A stretch of DNA of 64,000 nt from a virus, in the IMG/VR virus record IMGVR_UViG_3300030060_003910, positions 1 through 64,000 of that record; one strand, given 5' to 3'. Positions 60,501 through 64,000 of the stretch are shown here, one piece after another. A model generated the notes under the pieces. The model was not told where the DNA came from and did no database searches. It saw only the letters and a list, made by a program, of their open reading frames with translations. Each line of letters opens with the position of its first letter. The first letter of the stretch is position 1. Position numbers and translations under genes: made by a program.

Positions 60501-60761
60501 TCCATCTGTGGTGAGAGCATCATAACACTTAATCCTAAACCCTTTCGTTGTATTTAGATTAGAATATTGAGTAGTCCCTGTAAAGACTTCTGTTGTAAAG
60601 GTATTTGCTCCATCAGCCGCAATAGCCGTAAATATTCTTTCGTCATTATTTATAGATGTATCTGTGAATAAAGGATTTGTTGGTGCTTCTGCTAAAGAAA
60701 TAGCCGCAGAAGAAGAAGGAGTTGGGGGTTCAACTGGAATATTGCCTAAAGTGAAGGTCAT
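54576..60761 (-). CDS. Large tail-tip/hub protein
   Basis: 2061 aa, beta-rich; EIQGRD and C-terminal LRVGDIVNV hub-type motifs; position in the tail module. Confidence 0.65.
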   Translation of the reverse strand: MTFTLGNIPVEPPTPSSSAAISLAEAPTNPLFTDTSINNDERIFTAIAADGANTFTTEVFTGTTQYSNLNTTKGFRIKCYDALTTDGIQFNPAAFATHYYFVLVYSDTDTRHHFARITEILTEDSAGDAFEFEPKLGNEIPKDTKFMIFKGHVKTNNNILAFSAGILNNTSSLTLEDKLSCARPLFYFFNELLDKNNELDHDTKYYAMQKHASISTTSHTFDTTNAITFRTVQDFGKVVIDYSRFTHRVTLTDKLRDLDNTITEGDSITINEGGTLTADNSDYNEMFPNAKRMDDDEKNSPAYTGPKRYLHYDFSPTKSNLLYNVYDHTNTESIDGKGGFAETSIIDNGRIMPRKVKEFDAYRVRHNIHRGDMNEFFALAATYSSKTSNAVFSFNTEYNLNTVLNAGDEVKLGDNILIVQSFGSLSGTTQEITFQSSTHPYARTENDASFTAQSTTPTSGDVLHRRAYNATDGTLMLDISLLNGRFSKMYVSFTSLNHNERFATITACDATKEMITLSFDTDSYHTNPLSFAKGQYQIFIERFNGEVENIENKKENGQTIMEIQGRDKFSKLLSPIVNLNTLFSEDIIYSSNSPYNKLSQIDSTNFTVPLNAGSLTTGVADSDFDILPTEGDKIFTVNGYIGEILGVSGTSNVVLTFTAALTEANSEKIYIDTEKNYVLSKALSSSHLATNKPSSLTGAANKGLIFTAGNKITMSSGLEDTSLVSTSANASAGAIGYAIHKPSSISNDFAFQSKLKDEHGSAGESTFDTVNTLIDFEVVSTSKKDNITEIELAPYIPITLGRKVHFYDDVSEFTFTEVGTITAFGNITNLHFQMTTANAHSLNIGDPLFFVPNEDTSADKVFIGLVFDVLHTATTSNANHTLVMLDRFPVDLDTNDIIFTVAKPTNELLLINGAHLWGGKILTRPHLQYATLGPNVRLVPLNVDSTTIAGDYSSRFGQPYYKITGLSIGNFSLNLPLVHTGSTGAEKAIRPAYPNKGKYNYLANSYNFKPNISTTNLTNAHTTSSSYRVLPPEERGLTSPFGSNFSDIRIHKTSNRAFPQLTELEQRTKASFVYPDESAARLFIYINSDILPYTSLRQDSLLSESSGSIAKEINNYNLFLLENKNQKDSATNGGNRIQLKDINHQTVSFSSSEDISQLNRFGIMRLTEVCVDFFFNPINPEKPIIKYRDNSYGLSVKNGEKTLVGTIDNITGDKITFTGSVSLSTNDFLFDSKGRTIGTISSGTPVSGNTYDLVSDGFLTNDGSADTTTNGCFKISFDTITMKGRNKKDSFARLDNNDVHPLKCCIIPNGSNYGDDSGDDAHTANSGALSFESFGTGDRLSEIIGPLAFDTNLGTADRDVGNFAVIQQMTQHSAGNFIPARAHNSLIGVVLDRFSIEDGGKYKAEEGSTTQVLMGNRKVVVGSDNHAVIGSLYHFKGFDNVSDSSASYGGSRPYEADGAFMCFKPRLWIDADSVDGDGDDMSNFSVSDILTSAGTLKKNVIKTTRPDDSQTTFYNTFLKFMDLTGCYLVPEDGVNAEGTAFTKGGKEKRAGMEGAIPQHTSSNTLIYVISHEVSNSDSEEHHLICDAALVDETAYRILQPNETCLYDFMPEEIKFNILSSTYTKKSNKNEVYEEIKDGYFYKEGKVLGTNNEFSDEGVLSMFVMVDTDKQSTDANLVLHSTSNFFESNLPDGEYSMNFSDGINSEKVTFTAKANLKYDSINLGKQLNRQGIVSVSETFTVSSNEELKIDPTRACIGSTVSVGLEGEDLINELLEQEGIEFETTSTNAPMYLAPNYQGLDLYSAIQYILDRKGMKLVEENNVFKIFPESENSLKTNITIDDSGEFLISEFDKVSTLFDFFNEINVYGNAHKAIRKDLRSIQKRGRKTLEVVDNTLLTQEEVDKRATKLLLIHSRLNQKLSFTMQNKGINQLRVGDIVNVFIPRENIEMNEFIVLEMEHQLTGFIKLQLGRYSKDLSDVFSELLISSKETKAALRSANLQSNEISYNFLNTLNTKELKLLVRKRSAGGAGRTLGFGTALGFTTALGFTGGAITITDLVEEDLA

Positions 60762-61921
60762 TCATCCACCTCCTCAAATCGTAAATATAAAACAGTATTA
60801 TTTAAATTAGGCATTAGGTTATTAACTGCACTAAATTCAGTTTTTCTAATATTCATGATACTTAACTCATGCAATTCTCCCATGAATTGATTATTTGTTG
60901 TAGCAGAATTAGCCCCCGTTGCACCTCCACCATTCGCCCCGATAAAAAAATCTTCTGCTTCCATTGTAAAGGAATCCGTTTGAGTATGCGTTCCTGTTTT
61001 AACCAGTCTTCCGTTTAAAAAGACTAGGACTTCTTTATTTTGATTATCCCATGAACAAGCAACATGATAAGTATTATTTATGTAAGAAGGCTCAAAGAAA
61101 TCGTCATGTATAAATATTTCACTACCCGAAGAAACAGAAACCGAAGGGTCTAATTTCAAAGTAAGTGCGCTTGATGAAGCAGAATCTACTATACCAAAAG
61201 AAGTAAATGTAAAACCATCCCTAATGAATACTTCCTTGCCATCAAAAACATATTGATTGGCATTAGATAAATTAGCAGCCTTGCTTGAAAAAGCACTTGT
61301 AGTAGAACCGATTGATTTATATTTTACTTTTCCATCTTCTTCAAAACCCTTTTCTACAAAAGAATCATATTGGCTTCCAAGATTCGGGATAATCACGGCA
61401 TCACTTGTAAAGTATTCCATTGATGCAGTTCCTAATTTGATTCCTACTTTGATTTTATATCTTGCTGGATTATTCTCATTGTGTAAAGTATCGTTCACTA
61501 AACTCACTTGAAAATTAGTGCTGTGAAAAATTCTCATTTCATGTGTAATTCTGCTGGCTCTTGGTAAATACAATTCACTTTCAAAATTATTTTGCTCAGT
61601 AGCAGTAAAGATTGCCTGTTCTAAACCTGGCATAATTTTTTTATTATGTGCATTAAAAGAAAAACCACTACCGATAGTAGTTTGAGTAATATTTGATGGT
61701 TTGGTTATGCTACCCGTGGTTCGGTGGATGCCATAGCCATTTATTTCATACGGTGTCAAAACACACTCAAAGGTAAAATTATCTTCTAAATCCCAAAGAC
61801 CATAGGGAATACCCGTTCCTGTTGAAACGATATTGTCTGTATAATCTAAAGTCAAAAAACCATTACACATAATCGGAAAAACAAGCGAGCGTTGTTTTCC
61901 TGTAAAAATAGCATATGACAT
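60758..61921 (-). CDS. LamG/concanavalin-like tail protein
   Basis: YHVACSWD...VFLNG...FFIG...FMGELHELSI. Confidence 0.7.
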   Translation of the reverse strand: MSYAIFTGKQRSLVFPIMCNGFLTLDYTDNIVSTGTGIPYGLWDLEDNFTFECVLTPYEINGYGIHRTTGSITKPSNITQTTIGSGFSFNAHNKKIMPGLEQAIFTATEQNNFESELYLPRASRITHEMRIFHSTNFQVSLVNDTLHNENNPARYKIKVGIKLGTASMEYFTSDAVIIPNLGSQYDSFVEKGFEEDGKVKYKSIGSTTSAFSSKAANLSNANQYVFDGKEVFIRDGFTFTSFGIVDSASSSALTLKLDPSVSVSSGSEIFIHDDFFEPSYINNTYHVACSWDNQNKEVLVFLNGRLVKTGTHTQTDSFTMEAEDFFIGANGGGATGANSATTNNQFMGELHELSIMNIRKTEFSAVNNLMPNLNNTVLYLRFEEVDE

Positions 61922-61930
61922 AATAAAACC

Positions 61931-62545
61931 TCAAGGAAGAACATTTGCTACGACAAATTCTAAATTAAATGAAATATCAATGCTTTCTCCAGTCATTTCG
62001 TATGAAAAACTTTGAATAAATCCACTTAACCCCTTTGATGTAGATGATGTAGGAAATGTTCCTGCTCTGACCACATTTGTATTATCCTTTTCTAAAGAAT
62101 TTCCTCTTGATTTAAAGGTTAAAGGAATTTGAACAGTAGTTCCTCTATCTGCATAATTTTCATCAACCTTTGAATCCATAAGAACAACTAATTCATTGAT
62201 TGCTTGATAAGAAGCCAGACCTGTTGAATCAACACCAGATGCAATCATTTGAGCCACTTCTTGCGCTGTAAAGGTTAGGTTAGTAGCACTTCCACCCGAT
62301 TTAGTGTGGCTTCTGCGTATTTCCGTATCAACGATAAAACCACTTAATGAAATTCTCTTATTAGACATCCCTAAATCTAAAGCAACCGTGGTAGATTCTC
62401 CTGTGGCTAAACCGCTTAAAGGAATGGGAATAGCAGGAATTGTTTTATCAACTGATACGCTCACACTATTTACTTTTAATGGTATAGTATCAATAGATGA
62501 ACTACTACCACTATGTTCTTGTAATTTAAGATAAACAAAACTCAT
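61931..62545 (-). CDS. Distal-tail-like protein
   Basis: 204 aa directly after the tape measure gene; beta-rich. Confidence 0.5.
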   Translation of the reverse strand: MSFVYLKLQEHSGSSSSIDTIPLKVNSVSVSVDKTIPAIPIPLSGLATGESTTVALDLGMSNKRISLSGFIVDTEIRRSHTKSGGSATNLTFTAQEVAQMIASGVDSTGLASYQAINELVVLMDSKVDENYADRGTTVQIPLTFKSRGNSLEKDNTNVVRAGTFPTSSTSKGLSGFIQSFSYEMTGESIDISFNLEFVVANVLP

Positions 62546-62550
62546 TTAAA

Positions 62551-63999
62551 TCACCTAAATGTGCTTGAAGAGGTGCTTCTGTTAATTTTTGAATTAATCA
62601 TTCGTCCAATTTCATCGGCCATTCTTCTCATTTCTGCCTTTGAAGTGTCTTTAGCATTAATAGTAATATTGAAATTATTTACTGTTCCACCTGCCATTTT
62701 TCTTGAATTAGTATTTGAATGAACTCTTGAACCTCTTGGTAATGAAACTAATTCTGGCCCTTTCTCTCCAACAACGGCAAGACCACCCGCCGAAACACCG
62801 CCGTTAGCAAAGAAAGGAATTTTATTTAATAACTTTTTAATACCTAATTTAACCAAAAGCGATGCTACTGCTCCGACAACAATTGCACCAATAATAACAG
62901 GAAGACCGAAGATAAAAGCAGATACAACGGTTGCTATCACTAAAATCCTAATAATTTTCTCTTTTAAGGTAGTTGTTCCTGAAAGAATATTGAAAACATA
63001 TCTAAGTCCTTGTTCAAGGGCTTTTCCTGCAATACCAACTAGAAAAGCGATAACGGTAGATATTAGTCCCGTAAAGATACCAAATGAAATTTGAAGTAGG
63101 CCCCAAATAATTTCCCACATTCCGCCAAACATTTTAATAAAATCGCCTTGCATGAGTCCTTCATAGATTTCACTTATACCCTGCCAAACATCAGAGAAGC
63201 CCTCAATAATCATAGGTAAAAATGATGAAACTACCTTTGATGCAAATTCAAAGCCTTTCATAATAGGGCCTTTAAACATCCACAATAAACCAAAGAAAAG
63301 AGTAATGTAAATAGTTCCCATCACAACAAATTTAAACAATGCCTTGCCTAATCCTTTAGCAAATAATTTGAAAGACTGTCCTGCAAGTTTCCATTTAGGA
63401 TTCTTAAAGAAAGCCACAACTCCTTCTCTTATATTTTTCATGGCTTGTTTTCTTTGAAGCATACCCTGTTTCATCATTCCTTTGAATCCTCGCTTTTTGC
63501 CTTTAAATTGGCCTTCCATTTCAAATCCTGTCGGGAACATTAACGGAGCCTTATCAATTACTTCTCCATAGCGCAAATCCTGAATACTCTTAAAAGAAGG
63601 AAGGGCTTTTCCTATTTTTCCAATATTTCCTAAAAATGAACCTTCTTTTCCTTCTTTCATTTTTCTAGTTATGCTACCTAGAGTTCTAAAAGCAGTTGAA
63701 AGTTTATTTACCGCCCTAAACATTCCAGGCGGTAAAAACCCATACATAATTTTTCTAGCGTTTGCTGCTTCTAAACCAAAGATTTTTACTTGCTCATTAG
63801 TGCTAGATAAGGCTAAATCAAAGAATTCAAAGATGTTAGCACCTTTATTTGCTTCTAGAAATGCTTTTCTTGATGCTTTGTTTGTTAATTCAAATGCCTT
63901 TCCTTGACGATTTAAAAGTTTAATTGAATCAGTAAGTGCTTTGCTTCTTCTTTCAAAACTAACATCTAATTCCTTTTCAACTTTATTTAGTCTTTCATT
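62551..63999 (-). CDS. Tape measure protein (5' partial; frame open to the window edge)
   Basis: Hydrophobic amphipathic repeats and FANGG...VVGEKGPELV motif; no stop codon upstream of 63747. Confidence 0.8.
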   Translation of the reverse strand, partial: NERLNKVEKELDVSFERRSKALTDSIKLLNRQGKAFELTNKASRKAFLEANKGANIFEFFDLALSSTNEQVKIFGLEAANARKIMYGFLPPGMFRAVNKLSTAFRTLGSITRKMKEGKEGSFLGNIGKIGKALPSFKSIQDLRYGEVIDKAPLMFPTGFEMEGQFKGKKRGFKGMMKQGMLQRKQAMKNIREGVVAFFKNPKWKLAGQSFKLFAKGLGKALFKFVVMGTIYITLFFGLLWMFKGPIMKGFEFASKVVSSFLPMIIEGFSDVWQGISEIYEGLMQGDFIKMFGGMWEIIWGLLQISFGIFTGLISTVIAFLVGIAGKALEQGLRYVFNILSGTTTLKEKIIRILVIATVVSAFIFGLPVIIGAIVVGAVASLLVKLGIKKLLNKIPFFANGGVSAGGLAVVGEKGPELVSLPRGSRVHSNTNSRKMAGGTVNNFNITINAKDTSKAEMRRMADEIGRMINSKINRSTSSSTFR

Positions 64000-64000
64000 T

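Noticed and set aside
52572-60761. Diversity-generating retroelement acting on tail genes
   Set aside because: No reverse transcriptase and no template/variable repeat pair was noticed; a self-alignment would be needed to exclude it fully.
259-63907. Many short opposite-strand or nested ORFs in the track (e.g. 259..573, 2205..2588, 9379..9588, 12910..13200, 15077..15340, 29320..29790, 49348..49896)
   Set aside because: They are shadows of longer genes, tRNAs or repeat sites, lack an RBS and have atypical composition.

Overview
This window is about two-thirds of a tailed dsDNA virus of Euryarchaeota. Its gene content (split family-B polymerase, PCNA, RFC, ATP-dependent ligase, PriS-PriL fusion, MCM-like and XPF-like proteins, TFB, histone-fold proteins, class II RNR, GroEL/GroES) best fits a magrovirus infecting marine Poseidoniales (MGII); that host call is inference. 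Layout: 1-9.0 kb (-) head-associated or internal proteins, most sharing an N-terminal M(S)WxxILK tag; 9.2-13.45 kb a structured cassette array; 13.5-14.1 kb an origin/terminus-like repeat block at the strand switch; 14.2-52.4 kb (+) early, metabolic and replication genes with two tRNAs, tRNA-like small RNAs and a dispersed ubiquitin-like system (Ubl, E1, JAB, candidate E2); 52.6-64 kb (-) tail module. The main discovery candidate is the array. Ten CCATATGG palindromes delimit 195-691 bp units. All 16 inward-facing arms of the eight central units fold into a GGT-stem-(R)CTTTG-stem-ACC hairpin whose stem sequence varies while pairing is kept. Arm polarity follows gene direction, including in one inverted unit. 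The units carry short genes, two paralogous genes whose mRNA ends pair with each other, and a ~600-nt structured ncRNA candidate. This looks like an undescribed structure-defined gene-cassette or early-transcription system; no recombinase for it is recognisable in the window. All calls come from reading the sequence by eye, without database searches.
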